Assembly: GCA_963712275.1 (NCBI GenBank)
Contig: CAVQHD010000001.1
Location: forward strand, 1-64,000
Direction of reading: 5' to 3'
Length of the DNA: 64,000 bases
Origin: an uncultured Rhabdochlamydiaceae bacterium
GTDB lineage: Bacteria; Chlamydiota; Chlamydiia; Chlamydiales; Rhabdochlamydiaceae
The notes under the pieces were generated by a model. That model made no database searches, had not been told where the DNA came from, and was given only the letters and a program-made list of their open reading frames with translations. Below are positions 18,823 to 29,599 of the stretch, in pieces. The translations under genes were made by a program, and so were the position numbers. Each line of letters opens with the position of its first letter. Position 1 is the stretch's first letter.

Positions 18823-21537
18823 TTATGCTTGCTGAGGCTGCGGGGTATCGGGAGTCTGGCGTCCTGTTTCCCGAGCGGGAGAAGGAGCTGCCGTTTTCTT
18901 TTGAAGCCCTTCGGTTACTTTTAGGCGTGCCTCTTTCTTCTCGTTTGTCCATGACCCATTGAAAATTTCATCGATATCGTCTTTAAGAAGCGTTTCGTAT
19001 TTGCTGAGCATTTGTGCCATGAGTTCAGCCTTATCTCGGTGCTGGGTGATGATTTCGATGGCCTGTTCATGCGCTAGATCGAGCATCTTGTGGACTTCGG
19101 CATCGATCTGTTTGGCGGTCTCTTCGGAGTAGCTTTTCTCTGTCATATTATTCATGCCAAGATAAGCTCCACTCTCATTTCGTTCATCATAGGCAACCGT
19201 TCCAAGCGGGCTCATCCCCCATTCACACACCATGCTACGGGCAAGCCGTGTCGCTTGCGTAATATCCATCTGAGCGCCGCTGGAGATATCTCCAACAAAG
19301 ATCTCTTCTGCCGCCCGGCCTCCCATGAGTACAGCGAGCTGATCAATCAGCTCCTTTTTCCAGTAGCTGAGCCGGTTTTTCTTCGGCATGAAATGAGTTG
19401 CCCCTAGCGATAATCCTCGGGGAATAATGGTCACCTTATCAATGGGATCGGCATGTTTGACAACAAGGCCTACAATAGCGTGTCCTGACTCATGATAGGC
19501 GGTCGTCCGTTTCTCACTTTCATCGATTTCAAGGCTTCTGCGCTCCTTGCCATATCTCACCTTATCGACTGCTTCACGCGCCTCTTGCGCTGTAACAGCA
19601 GCCCGATTACGGCGCGCTGCAAGTAGAGCTGCCTCATTTAAAATGTTGGCAAGATCCGCGCCTGAAGCGCCTGGCGTTCCGCGCGCAATTTCCATGAGAT
19701 CAACCGAAGGGTCTAACTTAATTTTTCGGGCATGGACTTTAAGAATCTCAAAGCGGCCCTTGATATCCGGAAGATCAATGACAACACGGCGATCAAAACG
19801 TCCGGGTCTTAAAAGCGCTTTATCGAGCACATCGGGCCGGTTTGTCGCTGCAATGAGAATAATCCCTTCTGTTGGGTCAAATCCATCCATCTCCACAAGG
19901 AGTTGGTTTAAAGTCTGTTCTCTTTCGTCATGCCCACCCCCGATACCTGCTCCACGATGCCGGCCGACGGCGTCGATCTCATCCATGAAGATGATACAAG
20001 GCGCATATTTACGAGCTTCATTAAACATATCCCGAATACGACTTGCGCCAACCCCCACAAACATCTCGACAAAGTCGGAGCCGGAGATAAAGAAGAAAGG
20101 GCGGTCTGCTTCCCCAGCAACTGCCTTAGCAACAAGAGTCTTGCCTGTTCCAGGAGCTCCAATACAGAGAACCCCCTTGGGGATGCGGGCTCCAAGCGCT
20201 GTGAACCGTCCTGGGTCTTTTAAGAACTCGACGATCTCTTGGAGTTCTTCTTTCGCATCATCGCACCCTGCCACATCTTTAAAAGTGACCTTATTCCGAT
20301 CTTTGGTGAGGAGCTTGGCTGGCGACTTTCCAAAGTTCATCGCTCCGCTTCCGACTCCTTTCATTTGACGGGCAAAAATAAAGTAAAATAAAAACCCTAA
20401 AAGAAGGAACGGAAGGATAGTGAAGAGGACCCCCAGATAATTGGGTGACGGTTCTTCACTTTTAAATGTTTTTTCCAAGACAAGGTTACGAGGCTGATCA
20501 GGAACTTTAAAAACGGTACCCTTATTGGTTTGGAAGGCATCCCATTCTTGCTTTCCTTGAGAGAACCAGCGGGAAAAGGTATCAGGATCTTGTTTTTCTA
20601 AAGCCCGCGTTGAGACCTCTTGGTTATTGAAAAACCAAATCACATTCGCAACGGCTTGCCTTGCCTTATCGAGTTGAGCATCGTTAGTTGCAATCTCTTC
20701 TGCCACTTGAGAGGCCTGCTTAAGGTCGGCAAGGTACCCTCGCACAGAGCGCAGCTGCACAAGGCGCGCATGATCTTGCTCACCACTGAGCTCAGCGACG
20801 ATGGATCGAAGCTCTTTTAAGATGTTGGAATAAATCGCAAGCTGATCTGGCATTGAAGCTGCCGGCGTAGAAAGCGTTTGCTCAAGCAATCGAAGCTGCT
20901 GTTTCATCGGCTCGCTTCCAATCCCAAGCGCTGCTGATCGAAACCCTAGAAGAAGCGTCTCAAGCTCTTTTCCATATCCGGCTATGTCGCTTGCTGCAGG
21001 GGGAAACGACTGCTGGAGCTTTGCGAGCGATACGATTGGCTTATCAGAGAGAGACTTAATCACAATTCCATTTTCACGATCAGGAGTATCGTAGATGGGA
21101 TCGACCACCCAATACCCCGTCGAAGGAATTGTCATTCCACTCAAATGTAAAAACCAATCGGCGGCTTCTGTTACATTTTTCTGCAGAGCGGAAAGGTCGT
21201 CCTGAATCTTTTCTTTTTCGCTGCCAAGCTCGTTATGCCGATTGAGAAGTTCGAGATATTTGAAGCGAGCTTTTCCATCGTCGGTGATCCGATCTCGAAA
21301 TTTCCCTGTCAAAGTCACGAGGTTATCGTTTTGAGCGATCTTGCGGCTTTCCCCTGGCTGAATCAAATCTAAATCGACAAGATGTTCCACCTGATGGCTG
21401 AAGGAGACTTTTGCCACTTGATCATTCGATAGATTCTGAATCGTTAGAAAAACCAACAGCGCAGCGAGTAAAAAAATAATAAACCCACCTGGAAAGCCTT
21501 TCCGCTGGTCGGGTTTTTGCTTGTAATCATCGTTCAT
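18823..21537 (-). CDS. ftsH: ATP-dependent zinc metalloprotease FtsH (long periplasmic region)
   Basis: [49 protein letters not shown]. Confidence 0.98.
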   Translation of the reverse strand: MNDDYKQKPDQRKGFPGGFIIFLLAALLVFLTIQNLSNDQVAKVSFSHQVEHLVDLDLIQPGESRKIAQNDNLVTLTGKFRDRITDDGKARFKYLELLNRHNELGSEKEKIQDDLSALQKNVTEAADWFLHLSGMTIPSTGYWVVDPIYDTPDRENGIVIKSLSDKPIVSLAKLQQSFPPAASDIAGYGKELETLLLGFRSAALGIGSEPMKQQLRLLEQTLSTPAASMPDQLAIYSNILKELRSIVAELSGEQDHARLVQLRSVRGYLADLKQASQVAEEIATNDAQLDKARQAVANVIWFFNNQEVSTRALEKQDPDTFSRWFSQGKQEWDAFQTNKGTVFKVPDQPRNLVLEKTFKSEEPSPNYLGVLFTILPFLLLGFLFYFIFARQMKGVGSGAMNFGKSPAKLLTKDRNKVTFKDVAGCDDAKEELQEIVEFLKDPGRFTALGARIPKGVLCIGAPGTGKTLVAKAVAGEADRPFFFISGSDFVEMFVGVGASRIRDMFNEARKYAPCIIFMDEIDAVGRHRGAGIGGGHDEREQTLNQLLVEMDGFDPTEGIILIAATNRPDVLDKALLRPGRFDRRVVIDLPDIKGRFEILKVHARKIKLDPSVDLMEIARGTPGASGADLANILNEAALLAARRNRAAVTAQEAREAVDKVRYGKERRSLEIDESEKRTTAYHESGHAIVGLVVKHADPIDKVTIIPRGLSLGATHFMPKKNRLSYWKKELIDQLAVLMGGRAAEEIFVGDISSGAQMDITQATRLARSMVCEWGMSPLGTVAYDERNESGAYLGMNNMTEKSYSEETAKQIDAEVHKMLDLAHEQAIEIITQHRDKAELMAQMLSKYETLLKDDIDEIFNGSWTNEKKEARLKVTEGLQKKTAAPSPARETGRQTPDTPQPQQA

Positions 21538-21637
21538 GCGATTTAACCTGATGCTTTTAAAATTAAACCAATAAATCGGGTTTTAGTAAAGGCCATTCTC
21601 GATAAAAGAAAAACTCACCAGCCAAGAAGGTCTTTAA

Positions 21638-21807
21638 GAGGGTGTTTGCAAAGTCAGTTTCTGTCGATTTTTGGGGATTTTTGAGCCAATTTTCGCTTTA
21701 TTTGGTGGGGGTTATATCAACTTTCGTATATTACCCCCACCAAATAAAGCGAAAATTGGCCAAAAAGCCTCCAAAAAGCGACGAAACCTGACTTTGCAAA
21801 CACCCTC
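21638..21807. mobile_element. Family A ~170-bp palindromic element (MITE-like; ends GAGGGTGTTTGCAAAGTC)
   Basis: Whole element is an imperfect hairpin with central ATATCAACTTTCGTATAT; flanked by TAA/TAG; homologous to 53085-53254 and 36498-36668. Confidence 0.85.
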
Positions 21808-21830
21808 TAGGCGCTAGTGCCCCTAGCGCT

Positions 21831-22787
21831 TTAATAAGAGGAATGGAGTTTTATTGCAAGTTTTTCTTGACAAACTTCAATCCGATGAGAGCCTATTTGA
21901 AGCCCCTTGGCCGGTTTTTCAGCCCGAATGAGCCGCTTTAAAAGAGCGGTTTCGTCGGCTGATAGCCTCATCCCTTCCCGCTTCGTCCACTCTTTAACAA
22001 AAAACTCCAAAACAGGATCCTCCAACTCTTTTAATAAATTTAAGTGGATCTCTCCCTGGACAATCTCCGACCACAGCGAGTCGGTTTGCCTCTTGAAGTA
22101 CGCCTCCAGCCTTTGCGCTCTATCCCCTAGGCGGCATAAATTTTTTACAACTGCTTTCCCAAAAGAGGCTTCTAGAAGCGGTAGAATCGACGTCCTTAGC
22201 CTCCCTCTCAAATATTTCTCACTCAAATTCGTCTCATCTTGAACATAGGCAATGCTTCGCTTTTCCAGCCATTGAATGAGCTCTTTTTTTGAAACCCCCA
22301 GCAAAGGACGCCAAAGAGCGATTCCTCTTTGAGCTGAAACCGCTTTCATGCCTCCGCAGGCTGGCAGCGGCGCCCCCTCCAGCACTCTTTTCAAGACCGT
22401 TTCCGCCTGATCTTCCATCTGATGCCCTAGCACGACCGCCTGAGCCCCAAGCTCCTTTCCAAGCCTTGCCAAAAATGCATACCGCGCCTCCCGAGCCGCC
22501 TCCTCACTTTGAGGGAGCCCCTCTGCCAAAGAGTGCAGATGGAAAGGAAGCCCAAGCCCCTCGATCTCTCTTTTAAGAGACTCCGCCTCATCCCGGCCTT
22601 GAGCCCTCCACCCATGATCCACATGGGCAACATGCATCTCAAGCTTGAAAAAACGTTGACACTCGATAAGGAGATAGAGAAGAGCTTTAGAGTCAGCGCC
22701 CCCTGAGCATGCAACAGCAATCGGCGCCCCCTCTTTCCAATAAAGGGCTAAAAAGTCTTTGACGTGTTTAAGAAGAGTGTCGCGCAT
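21831..22787 (-). CDS. tilS: tRNA(Ile)-lysidine synthetase
   Basis: VACSGGADS, HVDHGWR, EEAAREARY, GHQMEDQAETVL, RPLL, DETN; upstream of ftsH; ATG 22787 preferred. Confidence 0.96.
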   Translation of the reverse strand: MRDTLLKHVKDFLALYWKEGAPIAVACSGGADSKALLYLLIECQRFFKLEMHVAHVDHGWRAQGRDEAESLKREIEGLGLPFHLHSLAEGLPQSEEAAREARYAFLARLGKELGAQAVVLGHQMEDQAETVLKRVLEGAPLPACGGMKAVSAQRGIALWRPLLGVSKKELIQWLEKRSIAYVQDETNLSEKYLRGRLRTSILPLLEASFGKAVVKNLCRLGDRAQRLEAYFKRQTDSLWSEIVQGEIHLNLLKELEDPVLEFFVKEWTKREGMRLSADETALLKRLIRAEKPAKGLQIGSHRIEVCQEKLAIKLHSSY

Positions 22788-23655
22788 CGACTTCGGATGG
22801 CGTAGAGTCTGTGCGTGCTTTCTCTTCAAGTTGTTGTAACCAAGGTTGTGAAAACGGCAAAATTCCTTCCATTGCCTGGCAAAACTCCTCACTAGCAACA
22901 GCAAAACGATCGAACTTACCAGGATCTTTCATCTCCAGAAATGCCTGGCTATGGGCCTCAGCAGCAGCAGCAAAACGCAAATAAGCCTTGGCAGCCGCAG
23001 CATCTATATTCTCCAAGTCTTTGCCCATTTCCTTAGCTGGAGCAGCAAGGCCGGAAATGTTTCTAAAAACATTATTTTCAAGCTCCTCACGGCTCGGTTC
23101 ACTGTTTTGCTTAATTTTCCATTGTTCTAATACATTCCCAGCATAGGAAACATGCCTTGCACCCTCGCCATCTACAATAATCTTCTCCTTCCTGATTGCG
23201 TCATCAATCTCGAAGGATTCGTATTCTCCTTGTAACGTCGGTATTGAGAATCTCTTAATGGTTTCAATTTCAAGATGACGATCAAATTCTGCTTGGACTT
23301 TTTCAAGACGCTTTTCTAGAAACCATTTTAAACTCAAAACCGCCAGCCCTGTAAAGCTAACAACTTCTCCTAGTGCCACGCCAATCCGGTAAACGTCGGA
23401 AATTCTATTGGGAGCAAGTTTATAAGAACGCAAAGGTAAAAAGACAGCTCCTAGAGCAGCAAAACATAAACCGACGACTCCAAACGTGACTTTTTGAACC
23501 GTGCTAAGCAAGCTTTTGGCTTCCCCTAATTGTTTATTTAAATTCGCCAAAGCTGCAGATAATTTTTTTAAAACGGTCCTTTTTTCATAAGCATTAAATT
23601 CTTTAACCACTTCTGAATAGAGGATGGTGGGTAAAGGAGCTGTCTTTGTAGTCAC
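22768..23655 (-). CDS. Inc-like protein (bilobed hydrophobic domain + coiled coil)
   Basis: Two close TM segments separated by a YKLAPNR loop; paralogous to 23652-24314. Confidence 0.7.
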   Translation of the reverse strand: MTTKTAPLPTILYSEVVKEFNAYEKRTVLKKLSAALANLNKQLGEAKSLLSTVQKVTFGVVGLCFAALGAVFLPLRSYKLAPNRISDVYRIGVALGEVVSFTGLAVLSLKWFLEKRLEKVQAEFDRHLEIETIKRFSIPTLQGEYESFEIDDAIRKEKIIVDGEGARHVSYAGNVLEQWKIKQNSEPSREELENNVFRNISGLAAPAKEMGKDLENIDAAAAKAYLRFAAAAEAHSQAFLEMKDPGKFDRFAVASEEFCQAMEGILPFSQPWLQQLEEKARTDSTPSEVDARHSS

Positions 23656-24314
23656 TTTTGGTCTCCTTGATTAGAGGAAGTCTCTTGCTGTACTCGCTCA
23701 CGAAGTACGTTCATCTCAATAAAGTGATCTCCATGCTCTGGACCAGCCCATTGGGTCAATACCTCATCTTCATCTTCATCATATTGGAGAGGTGTTACTT
23801 TCTTGTATTCCAAGATGCAGACGTCACGTCTCTTTGGATCATGGATAGCAAAAAGTTCGCCCTCTTTTAGTTTTTGGGAGAAATATTTGGCTATTACCCC
23901 TCTTTCAAACTGGTGAGACAATTCTCCTTGGATCTCTTGGATCTTTTCTCGTGTTCTCCCTCCCATCAAGCTTATTACCCACCCGGTAAAACTAAGCATT
24001 CCACCTACAAGGCTCATTCCAAGATGACTAGCAATGGTTACTCTAGAAGGTGAAAGTTTATAATGCTTTGAAGAAGCCAGAAAAACACCCCCTAAGACGG
24101 CGAAAAATAGACCTGTAACTATAACGAGTTGTCCAAAGGTTTGGCTATGCGAAAATACTTCATCCATCCTTTCTAAGATGTGGTTCGCAGCTATCAAAGC
24201 TCTAGGCTGCATTTCTAAAGCCCTTTCTTTAATATGTGCAGGCAGCAGCCCAGCTACTTGCGCATGAGGAAAAGACTTATACCCATAGTCTGTTGTTGTC
24301 CCTACTACTGCCAT
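23652..24314 (-). CDS. Inc-like protein (bilobed hydrophobic domain)
   Basis: AGGAG RBS; two TM segments separated by a YKLSPSR loop. Confidence 0.7.
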   Translation of the reverse strand: MAVVGTTTDYGYKSFPHAQVAGLLPAHIKERALEMQPRALIAANHILERMDEVFSHSQTFGQLVIVTGLFFAVLGGVFLASSKHYKLSPSRVTIASHLGMSLVGGMLSFTGWVISLMGGRTREKIQEIQGELSHQFERGVIAKYFSQKLKEGELFAIHDPKRRDVCILEYKKVTPLQYDEDEDEVLTQWAGPEHGDHFIEMNVLRERVQQETSSNQGDQK

Positions 24315-24389
24315 CTTTGTTCTCCTGCAATTAAAAAACTAATACCATTATACCTCAATCAACAACGGCTTTCAACAGGGCATTTTCAA

Positions 24390-24479
24390 TAAAAATTTGA
24401 CTGGCTTTTCTTTCGTGAACGTTACCGTGCCCGTTCCCTTGCCCGATCTTTTTTCATCTATCTCTAGGTAAATAGTTGC
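24390..24479. repeat. Family B element, single-arm copy
   Basis: CTTTCGTGAACGTTACCGTGCCCGTTCCCTTGCCCGATCTTTTTTC...AATAGTTGC shared with 36191-36440 and 62110-62351. Confidence 0.85.
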
Positions 24480-24528
24480 AAAAATTTTAATAGAAAGACT
24501 TATAAGCAGCTAGGCCCCAAAAACTCCA

Positions 24529-26049
24529 CTAAAAGCCGTAGATCTTTTCGTACTTTTCTCGAAGGTGCTTAAGAAAGGGTTTTTCACTCAGCGGTTTGCC
24601 GGTGATTCTCTGGACAAGCTCATGGGGGGTAAATTGCCGCCCCCACTGATGGATATGGGTTTTGAGCCACTCTGTGATGAAGGCAAGGTCGCCGCTCGAA
24701 ACACGGGCGGCCCAGTCGGGGTGCTCTTTGGCAAAAACATCAAAAAACTGGGAAGCATAGAGGTTGCCCAGGATGTAGGTCGGGAAGTACCCAAAGAATC
24801 CAATCGACCAATGGATATCTTGAAGGCATCCTTGAGCATCGCTTAGTGGTGTGACGCCTAGAAGCTCTTTCATCTTTTGGTTCCAAAGCTCTGGAATCTC
24901 TTTGACTTTGAGGCTTCCTTCGATGAGGAGCTTTTCGATTTGAAATCGAAGAATGACATGGAGGCTATAAGTGACTTCATCTGCCTCCACCCGAATCAAA
25001 GAAGGAGCGATGGTATTGATAGCCGCATAAAATTGATCCAGCGAAATAGAGGCAAGCTCTGGGAAAAAGGCTTGCAGCCTTGGAAGGAAGTGGTGCCAAA
25101 AAGGGCGGCTTCGGCCGATGCGGGTTTCCCAAAAGCGGGATTGACTTTCATCGATTCCAAGAGAGGCTTGCTCACAGAGAGGCGTGCCAAAAAACTCAAG
25201 AGGTAGCCCTTGCCCATAAAGTCCATGCCCTCCTTCGTGGATCACTGAAAAGATATTGGACATGAGATCGTTCTCGTGAATGCGGGTTGTCATCCGAATA
25301 TCATGGGGGTGGATGGGAACGCACATAGGATGAGCTGAAAGATCAAGTCGTGAGTTGCCCGGCCGAAATCCCATGGCACTCATGAGTTCTTTGCCAAAGG
25401 CAAATTGAGTGGCTGACGCAAATGGTTGCTTGAGAAAATGGTTGTCCATTTGAGGCCTTGATGAAATAGACCGCAAAAGCTCTTGAAGCTCCTCTTGCAG
25501 CGCCTGGAAAATCGGCGATAGGGTCTCGACGGTGACTTCAGGCTCATAAAGATCAAGGAGAGCATCATATGGATGGGTTGTGTATCCGAAATAATCGGCC
25601 TTTCTTCGAGAGAGGTGCACGATTTTTTCAAGGTAGGGAGCAAATCGTTTAAAATCCGACTCTCTCCTGGCTTGAATCCAAGCATGAGATGCCTCTGTTG
25701 TCGCAATCGAAAAGGCTTTCACAAAAGAAGATGGAAGCTTAGCAGCCTTTAAATAATCTTGCCGCCAAGCACGGACGGCTCCCTTTTGCGCTGGGGATAA
25801 GGTGGAATCGATGATATCCCCTGATGGAAGGTCGGTCAGGGCTTGTAAGAGCTTTTTAAATTTGCGGCTTGTGCTGAGTTTATGGGCCGAAGTGAGGACA
25901 AGAGCTGTTTGAGAGGTTCGAATGTCAACAGCTTCGGAAGGCATATACGTCTCTTGATCCCAATCTAAGAGATAATGCATTGAATTCCATGTATAGATCG
26001 ATTGCGAAAGATCAGTAAGCTGCTGATATGTGCTTTTCTTAAGTGACAT
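24529..26049 (-). CDS. Carboxypeptidase, peptidase family M32
   Basis: HPYDALLD, HEGGH zinc motif, ESQSRFWE, IRVEADE, GCLQDIHW, GYFPTY. Confidence 0.96.
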   Translation of the reverse strand: MSLKKSTYQQLTDLSQSIYTWNSMHYLLDWDQETYMPSEAVDIRTSQTALVLTSAHKLSTSRKFKKLLQALTDLPSGDIIDSTLSPAQKGAVRAWRQDYLKAAKLPSSFVKAFSIATTEASHAWIQARRESDFKRFAPYLEKIVHLSRRKADYFGYTTHPYDALLDLYEPEVTVETLSPIFQALQEELQELLRSISSRPQMDNHFLKQPFASATQFAFGKELMSAMGFRPGNSRLDLSAHPMCVPIHPHDIRMTTRIHENDLMSNIFSVIHEGGHGLYGQGLPLEFFGTPLCEQASLGIDESQSRFWETRIGRSRPFWHHFLPRLQAFFPELASISLDQFYAAINTIAPSLIRVEADEVTYSLHVILRFQIEKLLIEGSLKVKEIPELWNQKMKELLGVTPLSDAQGCLQDIHWSIGFFGYFPTYILGNLYASQFFDVFAKEHPDWAARVSSGDLAFITEWLKTHIHQWGRQFTPHELVQRITGKPLSEKPFLKHLREKYEKIYGF

Positions 26050-26767
26050 TTCCTTCCTGCCTACCGCAAAGCTTGAGCAACTTTTCTAAAGCCTGTGTCG
26101 TCAATGTACCAATTGGAGTATACACAACGCAAGCAACAAAAAAGAGAGCAATAGACACACTGCCGACAGCAATATCGGAAAACCAATGAGCGCCCACGAC
26201 AAGCCGCGGAAGCAGCCGCAACAAGACATAGAGCCAGCCGCAGATCGCAAGCCGCCTATGGGCAAAGGTTGAATAAAGCAGCCCGAAGAGTAAAAGAGTT
26301 GTCGCATGGTCCCCTGGAAAACTAGCTAGGGTTTCATCTTTGGTGGGCAGCCACGGGATCTCATGGGAGAGTCGAACGCAGGGAGTCACGACAAGGGAAG
26401 GACTTTCTCGGGGGATTAAAACAAAGGAGCGAAGAAGGTGCCGATTAATGAAAAAAATGACGCCACCCATCAGAACACTAAAGCTGATAAATTGAGCAAT
26501 CTTGTACCACCGGATAGACTTGGGGGCTGTTTTAATACCCCAGATAAAAAAAAGGAGAAAAACAACATCTTCCACCAGGTCCATGCGTTTGTGGTTGAGG
26601 AAAGCCCAAAAAAGTTGAAAAAAGCGGCTCCCCTCTAACATTCCATTCAACATCTTAAAAACGGCAACATCGAGGTCCTGCCAAAGAGGATGCGTCCACG
26701 GATGCAAAAATGTTCCCCATAGAAAAGCAATGACAGCAAACGAAATTAAAAACGGCTTCCACCTCAT
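26039..26767 (-). CDS. PAP2-family membrane phosphatase (possibly LpxE-like lipid A phosphatase)
   Basis: RESPS, SFPGDH, PRLVVGAHWFSD; follows lptFG; ATG 26767 preferred. Confidence 0.85.
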   Translation of the reverse strand: MRWKPFLISFAVIAFLWGTFLHPWTHPLWQDLDVAVFKMLNGMLEGSRFFQLFWAFLNHKRMDLVEDVVFLLFFIWGIKTAPKSIRWYKIAQFISFSVLMGGVIFFINRHLLRSFVLIPRESPSLVVTPCVRLSHEIPWLPTKDETLASFPGDHATTLLLFGLLYSTFAHRRLAICGWLYVLLRLLPRLVVGAHWFSDIAVGSVSIALFFVACVVYTPIGTLTTQALEKLLKLCGRQEGNVT

Positions 26768-27855
26768 ATCTTGACCCAAAATCTCCAGCCAAAGACCGAC
26801 ATGAGCAGGCAGAGAGGACATACGACGGCAAGCAAAGGAGAAATAATGGCGCGGTCGCTTAAGATTGTTAGAGAATCTAACAACATGTAGCAGGCGAAAA
26901 GAGCAAACAGCCCCAAAGCGTAGATGAAAAAGACCGATCGGCCCCTTTTCGATTGAAGACAGACAGGAGCAAGCGCCATGACAATCAGGGGGGCTAAAAG
27001 AGGAATTGCCATTTTAAATACAAGAGCCGTTTGAATCCGGGGCATCTCATAGGGAGATACTTTACGGCTCTTGATAAGGCTGGCAAGCTCTGAGACCCGT
27101 TTTTGATCAAAGGGGATGAGCCCCTTACGAGCCATGCTGGGATGCCATTTTAAGTCGCTTAAAAAAATCGAGTTGAATGACTCTTTTTTTTCAAAGATTC
27201 CACTGGAAGACCTGACAAGATGATCCGCATACTGTGCTGTTGGATTGCTGGGGTTTGCATTTAAATATTTCATGCGCCAGATTTCATTTTGGCTTTTGAT
27301 CCAAAGCACATCGAAGAGCTGATCTCTTTCAGGAAGATACGTTTGATAGATGAGTTTTGAGCTATCTTTGAGTGGAATGAGGTGGATAAGTTCCTTCCGT
27401 TTTGCAAGGTGAGACCCTCGGAAGTGTGCAATTCGAAACTCGTCAATCCGGTGAAGTGCTTTGGGAAGAAAATATTCGAAATTCGCCCAAAGAACCGCTG
27501 TACAAAGAAAAGCGACAATGAAAAAAGGTCTTAGAAGGGTTCTAGAAGAAAGCCCTGCCACTTGAAAAACCGTCCACTCATTCCGAAGACTCAAGGTCGT
27601 CAGGACTTTAATTGTCGAAAGTAAAAGAGCCATGGGAACAAGAAAATCAAGCCGTTTTAAAAACTGGTTGAGATAATAGAATAAAGCCGTATCTATCTGT
27701 AGAGATTGATTCTTAAAAAAATCATCCATATGGGTGGCATATTCAATGAGAGAAAAAAGGAAAAAAAAGCTAAAGAGAAAGAAGAAGAAAACCTTAAAAA
27801 TCTCTCGAAAAAAATACCGTTCCCATTGCGAACCTATCCCAATAAAAAGTTTCAT
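26764..27855 (-). CDS. lptG: LptF/LptG family LPS export permease (LptG-like)
   Basis: W.RY N-terminus, NEWTVFQVAGLS, 3+3 TM arrangement, paired with lptF. Confidence 0.8.
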   Translation of the reverse strand: MKLFIGIGSQWERYFFREIFKVFFFFLFSFFFLFSLIEYATHMDDFFKNQSLQIDTALFYYLNQFLKRLDFLVPMALLLSTIKVLTTLSLRNEWTVFQVAGLSSRTLLRPFFIVAFLCTAVLWANFEYFLPKALHRIDEFRIAHFRGSHLAKRKELIHLIPLKDSSKLIYQTYLPERDQLFDVLWIKSQNEIWRMKYLNANPSNPTAQYADHLVRSSSGIFEKKESFNSIFLSDLKWHPSMARKGLIPFDQKRVSELASLIKSRKVSPYEMPRIQTALVFKMAIPLLAPLIVMALAPVCLQSKRGRSVFFIYALGLFALFACYMLLDSLTILSDRAIISPLLAVVCPLCLLMSVFGWRFWVKI

Positions 27856-28943
27856 TCAATTCCTCGTGAAACTCTTTTTAAACTCCTGATTGAACAGACC
27901 CCTAAAATGATGAAAGGAAAGAAATAAAGAGCCCAGGCAGCTTTAGGAAAATGCTTCATACTTTTGGCTCCAATGAAGGCCGATAGATACAAAGCCGTTA
28001 GCCCCACCGTCCAGAGCAGCCCTCGCCTAGTATATTTTCTTCCCACCTCCATTCCAAAGGCAGCGCCAAGCAAGGTAAAAGCAAAGGGCGTCAAGGCAAG
28101 AGAGAGGCGCCGCGCCATTTCAAGCGCATGTGTATTGGACATAATTTTTTTTTGACTCAGCGAAAGTCGAATCATCAATTCTTTAAAAGGAAGGTACTCC
28201 GGCCTTAAGTGCCATGTTGCGTTATGCAAAAGTTGGGATAGGCTAGCGGCCGGCGTTGACATCGATTGCTGGTTCTCAATTACAAGATGATCAAAATCGT
28301 CTGCAAAGGCTGAGTCGACACTTGAAATGATCGATACATTTTTTCCTAAAAGAGACTCTCCTTCAATGGACAGCTCTTCCGCTGTCATGAGCCCTAGCCG
28401 CTCATTGGCTCGATTATTGAGGATCAGCAAGACATCTTTTGCTTTTTTGCCGCCTCTGAGCGTCCGAATTTCGATGTAGGCATTTGTCAACTTCCCCTCA
28501 ACGATTTTATTAAAGATATAAAACGGATTATTTGAAGTCATTTCAAATGTCAGCTCTTTCGCCCAAAAACGGCACCGAGGGCCAAACTCAGCTACAATGG
28601 CAAAATTCACCGCTGACAGAAAAAGAGCCCCAAGAATCAGAGGAATGAGCAGAGGGCGAAGACCAATGCCTGCCGCTCTGAGCGCTGTCAACTCTTCGTA
28701 ATGGCTGAGTCGCTGAAAGAGGAGCATCGAGGCAATCACACACGAGATCGGAATGGCCAGCGGAAGCACATAGGGAAGCTGATATAAACTAAAAAGAAAA
28801 ATAGAAAAAGCGTCGGAATTGAGTGCGGCAAATTCTGCAATATCTTTAAATCGCATGACAAAAAGAGCTATAATGAAGCTCGTCATACAAAGTAAAAAAA
28901 CTTGAAAGTAATTTTTAAGCAAAAAGCGCCATAGTATCGGCAT
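27852..28943 (-). CDS. lptF: LptF/LptG family LPS export permease (LptF-like)
   Basis: ILWRFLL, LPLAIP, RLS..EELTALRAAG, E.ARR. Confidence 0.85.
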   Translation of the reverse strand: MPILWRFLLKNYFQVFLLCMTSFIIALFVMRFKDIAEFAALNSDAFSIFLFSLYQLPYVLPLAIPISCVIASMLLFQRLSHYEELTALRAAGIGLRPLLIPLILGALFLSAVNFAIVAEFGPRCRFWAKELTFEMTSNNPFYIFNKIVEGKLTNAYIEIRTLRGGKKAKDVLLILNNRANERLGLMTAEELSIEGESLLGKNVSIISSVDSAFADDFDHLVIENQQSMSTPAASLSQLLHNATWHLRPEYLPFKELMIRLSLSQKKIMSNTHALEMARRLSLALTPFAFTLLGAAFGMEVGRKYTRRGLLWTVGLTALYLSAFIGAKSMKHFPKAAWALYFFPFIILGVCSIRSLKRVSRGIE

Positions 28944-28961
28944 AGAAGCGTATTTTAACGA

Positions 28962-29438
28962 CTATTCGACTTTAGAGCCACTTTTAAGACGCTGTTGCCG
29001 CCTTTTCTCTGCCTGGTCGTACCTCCTTTTCTCTTCTGCCGTTTCAGGAGTGACAGGCGCCACTTCGACAGGTTTTAATTGATCATCTAGGGCGACAAAG
29101 GTAAAGTAGGCTGATAGAATATGAACTCTCTGCAAAGTTCGAAAATCTTCTTTAAAAACTTTGACCCCGATTTCCATAGAGGTTTTCCACACACGGTTCA
29201 CAGAGGCTTTAAAGACTAAGATATCTCCATGCTTAGCAGGAGCCAAAAATCGGACGGAATCGATCCCCAATGTCACACAGACACGACCTGAATGCCTCTT
29301 AGCGACAACCCCTGATACCCGGTCGCAGAGATCGAGCACTCGCCCTCCAAATAATGTTCCATAGGCATTGAGGTCATTTGGAAAAACGACGGCAGTTTGG
29401 TCATGGATGGCAGATGCAGAGGCGGCTTTCCCTTTCAT
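28962..29438 (-). CDS. Acyl-CoA thioesterase (YciA-like hotdog fold)
   Basis: VFPNDLNAYGTLFGG, VTLGIDSVRF, SMEIGVKV, AYFTFVALD. Confidence 0.93.
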   Translation of the reverse strand: MKGKAASASAIHDQTAVVFPNDLNAYGTLFGGRVLDLCDRVSGVVAKRHSGRVCVTLGIDSVRFLAPAKHGDILVFKASVNRVWKTSMEIGVKVFKEDFRTLQRVHILSAYFTFVALDDQLKPVEVAPVTPETAEEKRRYDQAEKRRQQRLKSGSKVE

Positions 29439-29599
29439 ACCCGTTCTATATAGAATTAAAATATTTTCTTACATCAAAAACAAAAAATTAATCGTAAGAA
29501 ATTTCATCTTGTTTATAATAAACAACTTATAAAGACTGATTTTATAATAATAGTAATTATGTTAAAATTCATTCGCTTAACAACAGGAGAAAGTAAAGC

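Noticed and set aside
19547..20368. 273-aa ORF antisense to ftsH, and similar shadow ORFs inside tkt, alaS, mfd and others
   Set aside because: Fully overlap conserved genes on the opposite strand or another frame; no independent motifs
18823..21537. Unusually long FtsH N-terminal region as a novelty
   Set aside because: FtsH of about 900 aa is already known in chlamydiae
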